DNA from: Somniosus microcephalus | Lineage: Eukaryota | NCBI GenBank assembly: GCA_052327205.1 | Contig: CM126203.1 | Span: forward strand, 90,458,001-90,522,000 | Direction: 5' to 3' | DNA length: 64,000 bases | In this document: in pieces, positions 37,021 to 49,851 of the stretch | Position numbering within the stretch: position 1 is the stretch's first letter | Layout of the letters: the number at the start of each line of letters is the position of its first letter | The notes under the pieces: model-generated | The model's input: only the letters and a program-made list of their open reading frames with translations | Database searches by the model: none | What the model was told of the DNA's origin: nothing | Made by a program: the position numbers and the translations under genes

Positions 37021-40000
37021 TGTCCGCTATGGGGGTTTGGTGAGGCAGAGACTCTGGATTCAGCAGGTAAGTGGAAAGGCTTTTACCTCCTGGATCCAGC
37101 AGTCCTCGTCTCCTTTTAGCTGTTGGGTTTCCCGAGGCCTGGGATGCAGCTTCATTATAATATTTAAATAGGCGACCCGCCTCCTGGGAGCGGGTTGGCA
37201 GCCCACCCCGTCCCACCTCTGTTAAAACCGGAAGTGGGCGAGTTGGAGACGGGTTGGGGTCGGGATTCAGTTTTTTAACTCTTTAACATCCCACCCGACG
37301 CCAACCCACCCGTTTTTGGGGGTTAAAATCCGCCCCCCCCCCCATGACTCAGTAATGTAACAAGCCTGCATGCTAGCAGATTTCGTAACAGGCTTTAGCC
37401 CCTAGTAATACAGGACTTGTACGTAGACTGGGCATTGAGAGCAATAAAGGAACATTATTTATATCTGTTAGAATTGTCCACATAAATATTTTGATCTTAT
37501 TTATGATCTTAAAAAAATTGAGGACTCTAAGAAGAAAATAGTATCCACTTGATCTTGAAAACCAGTGATGAAAAATCAATGGGAAATTAAGGAACTACTT
37601 TTAATAAGAAAATGAGAGACAAATAATTACAATCAAATAATGTGAATATGACCAGGGTCAGCTCAGCATTCTCAGTTTCTTAACCTCCACCGAGCAAAAA
37701 TAAAATGAAACGTTTTGTAATTTATTTTGCTATTGCCTTTAATGTGTCTAATACAACCCCATGCTGTGAAATAAATGACAGTCATAAGTACAACAGGAAG
37801 ATATTCTGGTGACTCTGCTCAAGTTGTACTCTATAGTGACAATCATGGCCCAAGTGCCCTCGCCTTGGACTGCGAGGCTGCGAACCAAAGGGCCTGAGTT
37901 TGCATCCCTGAGTTTAAAATCAAGTACACCTTCCTTTAGCTCATTGTTGAGCTTGAAGGAGCCTTTCATGGGTGCAAATTTCTGACCAGAGGAAGGGATA
38001 ATTGACAAATCAATTCTATCCCCCCCACCAACCCCCCAGAAGTACACCTTCTGTTAGACATTTATCAAACACTTTAAAAGAGTTTCTTGGGGAAGCTTTC
38101 CTATACAGACTGTACCACCAAAAAGGGCTCTGCATTGCAAACTGCAGCAATGCGACTTCACTACAGCTACTGTTTGCACACGTCATTAAAGTAGCAATTT
38201 AAAGGAACAGTATCCCTGACTATGGCAGAATGAGATGAATGTTTAACCATAGAGACTTAAAATGATATTGTGTTATATTAACATGCAAAGTGTTAACATA
38301 TTTGAATTACTTTGTCCGATATTTTAATAGAAGCAATAGCATATGGGTTAATGTCTGTTAAAATATCAAACAAAGGAATTTTCTACCAGTGCATTAACTG
38401 CTCATACATTAATATTGCACAGTTTAATTTCTAGGCCAAGTTTATCAGCTCAGCTTTTTATATAATATTGAAGAAAAAAGACTCGCTCTTGTTGTAAAAG
38501 AAAAGTCCCCGAGTCAAAGTGACCCACAGGTCAGAATATCAAATCTTGCATGAAAGGATCCTGAGCAATAACCCATAAAGAAGGGCAAAGGGTAAACTAT
38601 GCCGTTCAAGGCCACTTCTGGGGACAACTCTGTAAAAAACAGGTGTTCCTTTAAGGATTAGGGAATTACATTTAAAGCTTCTGGGTCCAAACACACAAAC
38701 AGGCTGGAGGCTGTCTGGGACATGGACAGTGATCTTACCTTGCTGGCTGACAAAGTTTAAATTTTTGGGATTATGCACAACATCCCATATAACCAAAGTA
38801 AATTTAGTACAATGTTTCTAAAGGGACATCATGACAAACGATGCCTCTTACTGGATTCCTTTCAGCGTGGGACCTTCAGCAAATCACTGGCCGTTTATGA
38901 ACAGTGTTAAGCAGTTTCTGTTTTAGCAGTGAAATGAAATAACCCACAGTCAAGAAGCAATGTGAAGAATCATATAAAAATACACAAAGGAATCTTCACT
39001 GTGCAGAGGTACACATGACTTGTCCATTAGATAAGATGGTAAAAAAGACGATACTATAATATTACTGTAACAAATCACATTACAAGCTAGATCCTGAAAC
39101 TTAAGTATCAACGTTTGGTGTTGGCGGTTGGGTCAAATTATAATTTGCAGCTGAGGGCAACTGACCACAAGAAGATTAACAGATATGTTTGGGAAACAGG
39201 AGAAACCTTCACATCAGAGAGTTACTACTAGGGTAGAAATTCCCTTGGGTTGTAGTGCAATATATTAGCTTGATTCCCACAGTTCCGTTTCAAAGGCTGT
39301 TAAGATAGTGGTGGTCTCCACAAACAGCACCAATCTAAAGTTTCGAATTTAGTCTAAGCAACAAGCTGGACTAGTGCCGCGCCATAGTGAGGCCTGAGGG
39401 GGTGTCTGTGCGTGTCTCCCTGTTGTTCACTATCTATAGCTTTCTCTTGCCTTTATTTCTTCCTCTAGGGCATACACATCATTCACTTCCTTCTGTTTTA
39501 GTGTCCCTCTTGAATGCTTCACATTTGTTCACATTCTTTCCCTCTTTCTCCTTTATAAGCCATCGGTATTAGCATGCACTGTCCTTCTCTCTCCTTCTAG
39601 GCGAACTGCATCAGCTTAATTATTTCTCTCCATTGCACACACCAATTTAGCCCATATGTGCTCTTTCTCCCTCCGATATACACTGAAATAATAAAACTCT
39701 CCCACATATTACATAGACTGACACAGAATATACAGCACAGAAATAGGGCATTCGCCCAACTAGTCTGTGTTGGTGTTTATACTTCCCATGAGTCTCCTCC
39801 TATTCCATCTACATCATATTAGTGCACGTGCACTTACTCTGTCACACCCGTTTGTCTCCTGTATATACCGCAATTGAAAGAAAGATTTGCATTTATATAG
39901 CGTCTTTAAATATTTAATGAAAAAGAATAAATCACTACAGCAAAGTCCTCCAGTAGCTAAATTAAAAGTTGTTATAGCTGTATCACTCACTTTGAGAAAG

Positions 40001-40225
40001 CTGCCCCTAGATAATGAACCAGACAGAGATGGTGATGGCACTGAACTCCACTTGCTAAAGTCTGCCCTCTCTTCACTGGAGTGTGCAAAATGAAAACTGA
40101 ATGACTACAGTACATAGTCAGAATACATTTGATCAAGTAACAATTTCTGAAATACATGCAAAGATTCAAAGATGAAAATCCATCACTTGCGATTCACAAA
40201 GGAACATCGAACCTGCTCCGCCATT

Positions 40226-42308
40226 CATAGAAGATAGGAGCAGGAGTAGGCCATTCGGCCCCTCGAGCCTGCTCCGCCATTCAATGAGATCATGGCTGAT
40301 CATCTAAATTCTGTACCCTGTTCCTGCCTTCTCTCCATATCCCTTGATCCCTTTAGCCTTAAGAAATATATCCAACTCCTTCCTGAATATATTTAATGAA
40401 TTGGCCTCTACTGCCTTCTTTGGCAGAGAATTCCACAGGTTCACCACTCTCTGGGTGAAGAAATTCCTCCTCATCTCTGTCCTAAATGGCTTACCCCTTA
40501 TCCTTAGACTGTGACCCCTGGTTCTGGACTCCCCGACCATCGGGAACATTCTTTCAGCATCTAGTCTGTCTAGTCCTGTTAGAATTTTATAAGTTTCGAT
40601 GAGATCTCCTCTCATTCTTCTAAACTCCAGTGAATACAAGCCCAATCGACCCAATCTCGCCTCATACGTCATTCCTGCCATCCCAGGTATCAGCCTGGTG
40701 AATCTTCGCTGCACTCCTTCCATGGCAAGAACATCCTTCCTCAGATAAGGCGACCAAAACTGCACACAATACTCAAGATGTGGTCTCAACAAGGCCCTGT
40801 ACAACTGCAGCAAGGCATCCTTGTTCCTGTACTCAAACCTTCTCGCTACGAAGGCCAACATACCATTTGCCTTCTTAACCGCCTGCTGCACCTGCATGCT
40901 TACTTTCAGCGACTGGTGCACAAGGACGTCCAGGTCTCCTTGCACTTCCCCTTCTCCCAATCTATTGCCATTCAGATAATAATCTGCCTTCCTGTTTTTG
41001 ACACCAAAGTGGATAACCTCGCATTTATCCACGTTATATTGCATCTGCCATGCTTCTGCCCAATCACCCAACCTGTCCAAATCATCCTGGAGTTTCTCGG
41101 CATCCTCCTCACAGCACACACGTCCACCCAGCTTTGTGTCATCTGCAAACTTGGAGATATTACATCTAGTTCCCTCGTCCAGATCATTAATATATATTGT
41201 GAATAGCTGGGGTCCAAGGACCGATCCCTGCGGTACCCCACTAGTCACTGCCTGCCACTCGGAAAAAGAGCTGTTTATTCCAACTCTTTGCTTTCTGTCT
41301 GCCAACCAGTTCTCTATCCAAGTCAATACCTTGCCCCCAATCCCATGTGCCTTAATTTTACACGCTAATCTCTTATGCGGGACCTTATCGAAAGCCTTTT
41401 GAAAATCCAAATAAACCACATCCACTGGTTCTCCCTTATCTATTTTACTAGTTACATACTCAAAAAATTCCAGTAGATTAGTCAAGCACGATTTACCTTT
41501 TGTAAATCCACGTTGACTTTGTCCGATCCGGTCACTTTTTTCTAAGTGCTCTGCCATTACATCCTTTATAATGGACTCTAGCATTTTCCCTACTACCGAT
41601 GTCAGGCTTACCGGTCTGTAATTCCCCGTTTTCTCTCTACCACCCTTTTTAAACAGTGGGGTAACATTAGCTACCCGCCTATCTATGGGTACTGTTCCAG
41701 AGTCTATCGAATTTTGGAAGATGACCAGCAATGCATCTACTATTTCTAGGTACCCTAGGATGTAGATTATCAGGCCCTGGGGATTTATCAGCCCTCAATC
41801 CCATCAATTTCCCTAACACCATTTCCCTACAAATACTGATTTCTATCAGTTCCTCCCTTTCATTAGACCCTATGTTCCCCGACATCTTTGGGAGGCTATT
41901 TATGTCCTCCTTTGTGAAGACAGACCAAAGTATGTATTTAATTGGTTTTTCCAATTCTTTGTTCCCCATTATAAATTCCCCTGATTCTGATTCACCAATC
42001 TTTTTCTCTTCACATATCTATAAAAGCTTTTACAGTCAGTTTTTATGTTCTCTGCAAGCTTACTCTCATACTCTATTTTCCCCCTCTTAATTAATTCCTT
42101 TGTCCTCCTTTGTTGGATCCAAAACTGCTCCCAATCCTCAGGTTTACTGCTTTTTCTGGCCAATTTATATGTCCTCTCCTTGGATCTTATGCTATCCCTA
42201 ATTTCCCTTGTTAGCCACGGTTGAGTCACCTTTTTTGTTTTATTTTTATGCCAAACTGGGATGAACAAATTCTGTAGTTCATCCATGCGATCTTTGAATG
42301 TTTGCCAA
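40226..42308 (-). mobile_element. 5'-truncated CR1 LINE, same subfamily as 1-2950
   Basis: ORF 40304-41731 (475 aa RT) and upstream linker pieces 41679-41969 and 41969-42286. Confidence 0.95.
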
Positions 42309-42331
42309 TAAGATCAATAAGATCATGGCTG

Positions 42332-43015
42332 CACATTTGTAAAATTAGCCCTGTGATGTTGATGGGATCTCTGGAGTATTAGGCCAAGGTCTGCAGCAAG
42401 GGGAAGTTCTCGAGTTGGGGTGGGCTTTGCTGAAACGTAACCAGTATCAATGTCCTTGCACAGAGGGTAAATAGGACACAGGGAAGGAATTAAGTTAGTA
42501 AGGCAAGGGGAGGGGGCAGTGCTGGGCAGGTGAGGAGTTAATAATAAGTACAGTGCAACAGCAAGCCTGTCTAAAATAGTAAGATTGCTGAGGGGCTATA
42601 GAGAGATGTACCCAAGAACAATAGGAGAAAGGTTATGAAGGAGGATAATTGGGAGAAGAAAATAGAAGGGAAATAAGCATGAATTGGATAGGGTTACAAT
42701 GTTTATATGGAAGTGTGCAAGGTATTAGAAATAAAGTTGGTGATGTAGTGGCACTAACTAGAATTAAATATTCATGGCTATAGAATTCTCAGGAGAGACG
42801 GAGAAGGAAAAACGGGAGGGTGACAGTAATAATTAAGGACATGATTAAAGCTATAGAAAAAAACCATTTTTTAATCAATGGTAGTGCTCAGTGTGTGTTC
42901 CAGAATTTTCTGTTTTTATTTCAGATTTCCAGCATCCGCAGTACAGTATTTTGCTTTTGTGCTCAGATGGATCCTGTCTGGGTGGAGTTAAGACAAAGTA
43001 AAGGATTGGTTAACA
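42332..43015 (+). mobile_element. Heavily decayed CR1 ORF1/ORF2-junction fragment, with a short Penelope end at about 42895-42960
   Basis: Remnants such as GATCCTGTCTGGGTGGAGTTAAGACAAAGTAAAGG (VWVELR) and AGAAATAAAGTTGGTGA resemble the APE N-terminus. Confidence 0.5.
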
Positions 43016-43019
43016 CAAT

Positions 43020-43702
43020 GGCCCAGATATTCCGATCCCTACGGGTGTGTACGCGCTGAAAACCGGCATTTCTGATCTGTCAAGAATCCTCTTGACAGAT
43101 CGGACGCCTGCCCTGGAGAAGGGCCTCTGTGGGCGGATAGTTCCGCTTTCTGGAGACCCTCCGCCCGCAGAAAACCCTTAGAAACCTTATGCCTGGTAAA
43201 AGCAGGCGTAAGGCCTGCTTTTACCAGGATAAGAGTTGAAGAAAAGTAAAAAAAGAAAATTTTCACTGATTTATTTAAAAATACTTTTAAAAAGGTAAAT
43301 TTATTTTTAGCCCCGTAAAAAACTTTAATTATTTTTTTCAAAAAATTTAATTTTTGTTTAAAATATTTAATTTATTGTAATTTCAACTCATTTTAAAAAT
43401 GTGATTAGAAAAAAATGTATTTAAAGTTTTTGGGGTGATCCCCATTCATATATTTGACAGGTCTTCCTGTCAAGTGTATGAAGGGAGATTCCCTTCTTTG
43501 ATTGGCTCCCCTTGGCCCACGTGGTCCCAGGGACGCTGCAAACTACATGCGACTCTGGGATACGTGGGCCCTGCACACTTGGAGTTTGGAGAGGCCCAGG
43601 ATTGGAAGTGTGTGTGTCCTGGGAGCCCTCAGGTAAGGGCGTAGATTTTTCCAGATCGCGGGCCTCCGCACGCGGGAGGCCTGCGATTGGAAAATATAGG
43701 CC
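43020..43702. mobile_element. Harbinger-type MITE related to 3438-4199
   Basis: Degenerate TIRs GGCCCAGATATTCCGATC / GATTGGAAAATATAGGCC; shared TTTGACAGGTCT...GATTGGCT...CACGTG.TCCCAGGG block and AT-rich centre. Confidence 0.75.
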
Positions 43703-44176
43703 ATTAAAATTGAGGGACAAAAAAAAATCATGCAGGCCACAAATCGGGTGCACTAAACTCCATGCCTAAATCATAAAATCCTAAATCCTAAAATAGTTCC
43801 AGTTGCACAGGTAAGGATGGTCTTCTGTGCTGCAATTTCTTATCACATTATGAAAACTGTAATCTAATGGAGAGGTTCAGAGGTTGCCATAAATAGCAAG
43901 ATCAAAATAAAACCCATTTAGAATTGTCAATTCAACTTTGGCATTAGGTTTAGATATTCTGCCATTTGCCTATGATTATATATCTAATTTAGATATTTCA
44001 TTTAAATAATTTAAATATTAAATTTTGCAAGCCTGCACTCCCAGCATCAAACTGGAAATGCAGGTCAGAAATAGTTCTACAACACAGTAACCCTGATTCT
44101 CCTGCCCATGCTCCCATCTAGATGATGACTAGAGCTGTACACTTTGCACAGAGTGCAATTATTTTGCAGGACGTGA

Positions 44177-44605
44177 GAAAGAAAGTTCTTGCATTTATAT
44201 AGCGCCTTTCACAACCTCAGGATGTCCCAAAGTGCTTCACAGCCAATTAAGCACTTTTGAAGCTTAGCCAATTTGTGCACAGCAAGCTCCCACAAACAGC
44301 AATGTGATCATGACCAGAAAATCTGTGTTAGTGATGTTGGTTGAGAGATAAATATTGGCCAGGACGCCAGGAAGAACTCCCCTGCTCTTCTTTGAACAGC
44401 GTCATGGGATCTATTACATCCACCTGATGGGAAGACTCGGTTTAACACCTCATCTGAGACTGCACCTCCGACAGTGCAGCACTCCCTTAGCATTGCACTG
44501 GAGTGTTAGTGTGGATTACATGCTCAAGTCACTGGAGTAGGACTTGAACCCATGACCTTCTGACTCAAAGGCAGGAATGTTACTAACTGAGCCATGGCTG
44601 ACACC
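44177..44605 (-). mobile_element. SacSINE1/Deu-domain SINE, full length
   Basis: Minus strand begins GGTGTCAGCCATGGCTCAGT with B-box GGTTCAAGTCC and ends GGCGCTATATAAATGCAAG plus (CTTT)n. Confidence 0.85.
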
Positions 44606-46137
44606 TGTGAAGCTCTACAACGTTAGGGACCTGATGTATTTTTCACTGAACTGAGTTTTGGTGAGCAGCGTTGCTGTAGTATGCATTGCTGTGTTATGTA
44701 TCTGTGTATGTCTGTAGTGATAGTGTTCAGTAAAGGCCATCATGCTTAACTGCCATGGGGATTGCGACATGCGAGGTTGGTAAAATCAACTTGCACGGTT
44801 AGAATCTGGACTATGATCACAATCCTGAGTCTCCAAAACTTGTATCAAAGTGTCACTAAACACTGATGGGCATTCTCCGTCTCCGGGATGAATGCAGCTA
44901 GCAGAGCAGGACTGCACTTATATTGCTTAGCATGTGTCAGGCACTGTCAGAGAACTGGTTTGTTCTGGCATCACACTGACAGCATGGGCTAGGTACCAGA
45001 TGCGGGCTTGAAGAGCGACACTGAATATGTTTTTACTGAGCAGAAGGGACGTGGAAGGAATGACCTGGGTGACCATTTAACACATGCTTCTAACTAAAGA
45101 ATGTTAACACGGCTCCCTACTCATCGTACGTTAAAAGGGAGTTCGTCACATTTAACCATTAGGTTATGAAATATAACCCAATGGCATATTAATCAATATC
45201 AAATTACCTTTCCATGGGTCAAAGCCCCTGCTTAAAACAATAGAGTGAAATGAAGAAGCTGTGAACATTTACAAACGCATCAGCAGGGAATGATGGATGT
45301 TCTGATGCACATTAGACTCGCACTGAGACCTTAACATTTTTTCTTAGTAGATAAAAGCATAGGTACCACATAGCCTTGTGTGTGGATAAATAAGGAAAAA
45401 TAAATTAACGGCATGAGATGAAAAGGTGGGTGAGCAGCAGTGAAGTGCGTTTTGCATGAGATTAATGTAATAGAAAGGCTGCTGAAATGCAATAATTATG
45501 CCATTTAATTTTTCCGCTGCAGATTCTAAAGACTCCACTGACTTCACCTCCATCAGCTTGCTCTTCGGTTGGAGCTCTTGTGGGGGAGAGCCTTGACTTA
45601 TCCCGTGTATGCTTTGAGTATTGGAACTTAATGGCTGATTCTGCAATCCAGCGCTCGCGGTGGGAATGATGCTTGCAGGGAACGCATCTCAAGCAATTGG
45701 ACCCTCAGCCTGTGATCTTCTTTCAATTAGAATTCATGAAAGGAAAATCACTGGCGCATTAGATTATGGAATCACTCCTTCAGAATGCAATTGAAAACTT
45801 ACTGATAAACAATGATGAATGAATTTTTGGAGGCATTTATTTGTATGTGTGCAGTGATGTCATATCTTCTTCAATAAAAGGGATGGTGGAGATAGCTCCT
45901 TGGGTGGGCAGACAACTCACTGGTAAGATTTACTTTTATTAACTCAGAAGTAGCGATCATACACCCTGCCTGGACCCTTCAGCTTCCTCTGAATCCTGGT
46001 GTACCATCACTGCCATCAGCATTCATTCATGTACACTGCTTGCATACGCTATACGCATATATGTTGGTGCTCCTAGATTCAGAAAAAGGAGTATAAACTG
46101 GCTGACAGAAGTGAGGCCCATTGAGCATGTTGTTCTG

Positions 46138-46428
46138 AGTTTCGGATGAGGCGTTAAACCGAAGCTCTCTCAGGTGGCCGTAAAAGATCCCATGCACTAT
46201 TTTGAAGAAAAGCAGAGGAGTCCTGGTCAATATTTATCCCTCAACCAACATCAGTAAAAACATTATCTGGTCACTATCACATTGCTGTTTGTGGGACCTT
46301 GCAGTACGCAAAATGGCTGCCGCATTTCCTACATTACAACAGTCCTTCAAAAATCCTTCATTGGCTGTAAAGCACTTTGGGAAGTCCTGTGGTCATGAAG
46401 GGTGCTATATAAGTGCAAGTCTGTCTTT
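46138..46428 (+). mobile_element. SacSINE1/Deu-domain SINE, 5'-truncated
   Basis: GATGAGGCGTTAAACCGA...GTAAAAGATCCCATG...GCTATATAAGTGCAAGTC. Confidence 0.8.
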
Positions 46429-47649
46429 GAGTTGCATCACGGGTGTGGCGAATGATTTATTATCGCTCATATTCACTCAGAAAGCAGCACTTTCCGAGGC
46501 TCTGGAATTAATTATACAAAACTGCAATAGTGAGGCAACAAATTATGGAAGTATAGAAAGTTGCACCTTGAGGGTAATTTCCATTTTGGGCGGGGCTGGA
46601 ATCACAGAGTGAAGTAACAGCACACTCCAGAGAAGCTACAATGTTTCACTGTCAATGTCATGTTTCCGTTCACTCCAGTGAATCAAAGTGAAGCTGATTA
46701 TTCTGTCTCGGCTCAGTTTTGTACAAGCAATTTTATGCAACTCATGTTGATCTTAAAATGATGATTCATATTAGGTGGTTTCAATTTTCACTGTAGTACT
46801 GCCAGAATTTTTCTTAAAACATTGCCTAATCCCAATCAAAAGCCAGTTTTTATTACTCCAAGCAGCTTTTAACTTGACTTCTGTTAACTTGAAGTATGTG
46901 AATGCCCATTAAATCAAGAAAGATACAGGGAGTGATTTCTCCAGATGGCAGGCATTTAGACCCTGTAGATGTGCTTTGATCCATATTGCCAAACCCCTCC
47001 AATTTTGTAGCCCACTGGATTTTGGTCCAGGAAAGCACTCGCTCAAATATGGGTGGTCGGGGTCAGTGTTGAGTGCACGTTAATTGAGCAGTAACGTCCT
47101 CAAAATGGGGCCGGTAGCCTTACCGCCACGTTAACATCGACGATGGGGCCTGCTCCATTTTAAAAGGGGCTTATTGCTGTCATAAAAATCACGGCAGCTG
47201 GGAACACGGTGGGTTGGAACCAGGAGGTAGAATTTTCAAATTTTAACCCCTCCCACACACCATTCTCGTTGGGCGAGGGGGATTAAAATCCTGACCTGAA
47301 TGTGGCTGCTCATCTTTAATTTTCCTTTATTGTCTGGACTGCCTCTAAAAGTAGGACAGTAGGCTACCTACAGCCAAGTCACAATTATTTCAATTCTGGC
47401 TGTGCAGGAACAGTGACAATGGGGTTGGCCAAAGGATTTTCCAGATGATTAAGAATGAGAAAGATCATATTTTCTTGAAGTTCATTAATCATGGAGTTGT
47501 TGAAAAGCTGTGAAAGAAATGGCATCTCATTCTTCAAAGTACAGACAGTTTTATAGAAGCCAACATTCCACCAGAGGAAGCAGGTATGCCAAATGCAATC
47601 TCATCAAAGCACAGTTCACACAGGATGATACCAATAACATGCCCAGGTA

Positions 47650-48142
47650 ACAAAGAAACATAGAAACATAGAAGATAGGAGCAGGGGTAGGCCATTCCGC
47701 CCCTCGAGCCTGCTCCGCCATTCAATGCGATCATGGCTGATCATCCAGTTTCAGTACCCGGTCCCTGCTTTCTCCCCATACCCCTTGATCCCTTTAGCCT
47801 TAAGAAATATATCCAACTCCTTCTTGAATATATTTAATGAACTGGCCTCCACCGCCTTCTGTGGTAGAGAGTTCCACAGGTTCACCACTCTCTGGGTGAA
47901 GAAATTCCTCCTCATTTCTGTCCTAAATGGCCTACCCCTTGTCCTTAGACTGTGACCCCTGGTTCTGGACTCCCCGACCATCGGGAACATCCTTCCTGCA
48001 TCTAGTCTGTCCAGTCCTGTCAGAATTTTATAAGTTTCAATGAGATCCCCTCTCATTCTTCTAAACTCCAGCGAGTACAAGCCCAATCGACCCAATCTCT
48101 CCTCATACGTCATTCCTGCCATCCCAGGTATCAGCCTGGTGA
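47650..48142 (-). mobile_element. CR1 LINE 3' stub flanked by a 101-bp direct duplication
   Basis: ORF 47751-48122 is the RT C-terminus; AGAAACAT repeat tail; flanks 47549-47649 and 48143-48243 are direct repeats. Confidence 0.92.
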
Positions 48143-48675
48143 TTTTATAGAAGCCAACATTCTACCAGAGGAAACAGGTATGCCAAATGCAATCCCAGCA
48201 AAGCACAGTTCACACAGGATGATACCAATAGTGTGCCCAGGTACTTGCTTAAATGCTCAACTTTGACAGATCTTCTACCAATATTATCTCCAAGCTATTT
48301 AAGCATAAAAGAAAAACAGAAAAAAAGAAAATCAGCTCTTTTAAAAGCTCAAAATAGCAACAATGAATAAAACTTTAACCAGCGTCCCTTTCAACAAAGT
48401 TATCTGTTACAATTCAATTTGGAGAGCCTAGTGATGGGAGGGTGACTTTTTATGGAGATTAATAATTTACAAAAGGAATAGAATACATAAGGTGCTCTTT
48501 AAGGGGTCTCCAAAGATCAAGTCCATTTAAGAGCATGTTTGAATTTCCCCTCCCAGTTCATGGGGCATAATTCCTGTCAACATGCAACAGTTCCTTTTAT
48601 TAAGTATTTTTATTACGTTTTTTTTCCTAATCTGCTTGATTTATGGTGATATTCGTCTCTTTCATTCTATACCTC

Positions 48676-49380
48676 AGGCTACAAATTCGGGGGCTTAACG
48701 CCACCCGTTACCGGCAAAAAATGGTGAAAGAGCAGCGGCAGACACTCTTTCCCCAGCTGTTGGCGGGTCTCGCAGTGTCTATTTTGGTCCGCTCCGTAGC
48801 GCTGCCGGTAAGTATTAGCGCCCTGCAAAAGAAAATGGCAGATTGGTGACGTCATGCCAACTTAACTTCACCATGGCCAACTTCAACCCTAGCGCTGAGT
48901 TCAGCACTGGGTCCTAAGCACGCCAGGGAAACCCAGTGTGTAAAGCGACTGACAGGCTCTGTCAGCACCTCTTAAAGGGACACACACATTTCTCAGGTAA
49001 ATTTGCATTTAAGTTTTTGGACTGTTTTTTTTTTAATTTTATTGAAGTATTGGCTTGCTGCAATAGATGTTAAAAGTTTTTTAAGTGTGCAGGGGGTGCT
49101 GCTGGAGGGATACAAGGTTCCAGGCAGTAAAGGAAGGCCTCTGAGAAAACAGAAATTGCTGCAAATACTCAACAGGTCAGGCAACATCCGTGGAGAGTGA
49201 AACAGAATTCGCGTCTCAGGTCGAGATGCTGCCTGAGCTGCTGAGTATTTCCAGCATTTTATGCTGGCATTTTAGATTTACAGCATCTGCTCGCAGAGGG
49301 AAGAGGAAGACACAGAGGAGGTTAACTTGAGTTGCCGGTGACAGCGGCGATTTTGTTGGCATGCACAAACTTCCCCCCCT
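48676..49380. mobile_element. Harbinger deletion derivative related to 59695-61860
   Basis: About 450 bp collinear with 59865-60320 (GTGACGTCA, CTTAAAGGGACACACACAT, CAGGTAA, AAGGAAGGCCTCTGAGAAA and an embedded inverted repeat). Confidence 0.65.
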
Positions 49381-49851
49381 GAAGTTTGTTAGTTGTCTGA
49401 GAAAGTATCATTTTCTTTATGTTTTTTGCATTGTCCTGGATCTACAGTTACTCTTAAAAACAAATGACTTCAGAGCAGCTACAGCGAAAATCAATTGTGA
49501 AAAGCGGAAATCTGTGGCAGATAAATAGTTAGTTACAGATATCTTTGTTGAAAGGACCACTGGTAAAACTTCCTGTTTGGTGAATCTTTTATTTGCTTGC
49601 AAGTTATTTCACAAGCCCTATCTTTTTCCTCTTGAAATACAAGCATGGCACAAGTACAGTTCACCATAGTCAAGAAATCTATGTTAATATAGGTGGACTA
49701 GATGGATTAAAGGCCTCCTTCTGCCTGAAACTGTTACGATGTAACACCTGTTAAATCCGTCACAACTAATATCGTCACTGCACATCATCATTATAATTGG
49801 GAGCAAAGCAGAAAATATGATGCAATCATTATGGTTTTGATGTTTCAGTGT

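Larger units (their letters stand above)
33451..37342. mobile_element. MITE-like element inflated by a G-rich minisatellite and a nested LINE
   Basis: Degenerate termini GGTTGGAATTTTAA / TTAAAATCCGCCC with CAT on both sides; the non-repetitive arms resemble other MITEs here. Confidence 0.5.

Noticed and set aside
33604-37216. Long Gly/Arg/Glu- and Pro-rich ORFs in several frames
   Set aside because: They are translations of the G-rich minisatellite, which lacks stop codons; the 339-aa ORF just reads through into the LINE.
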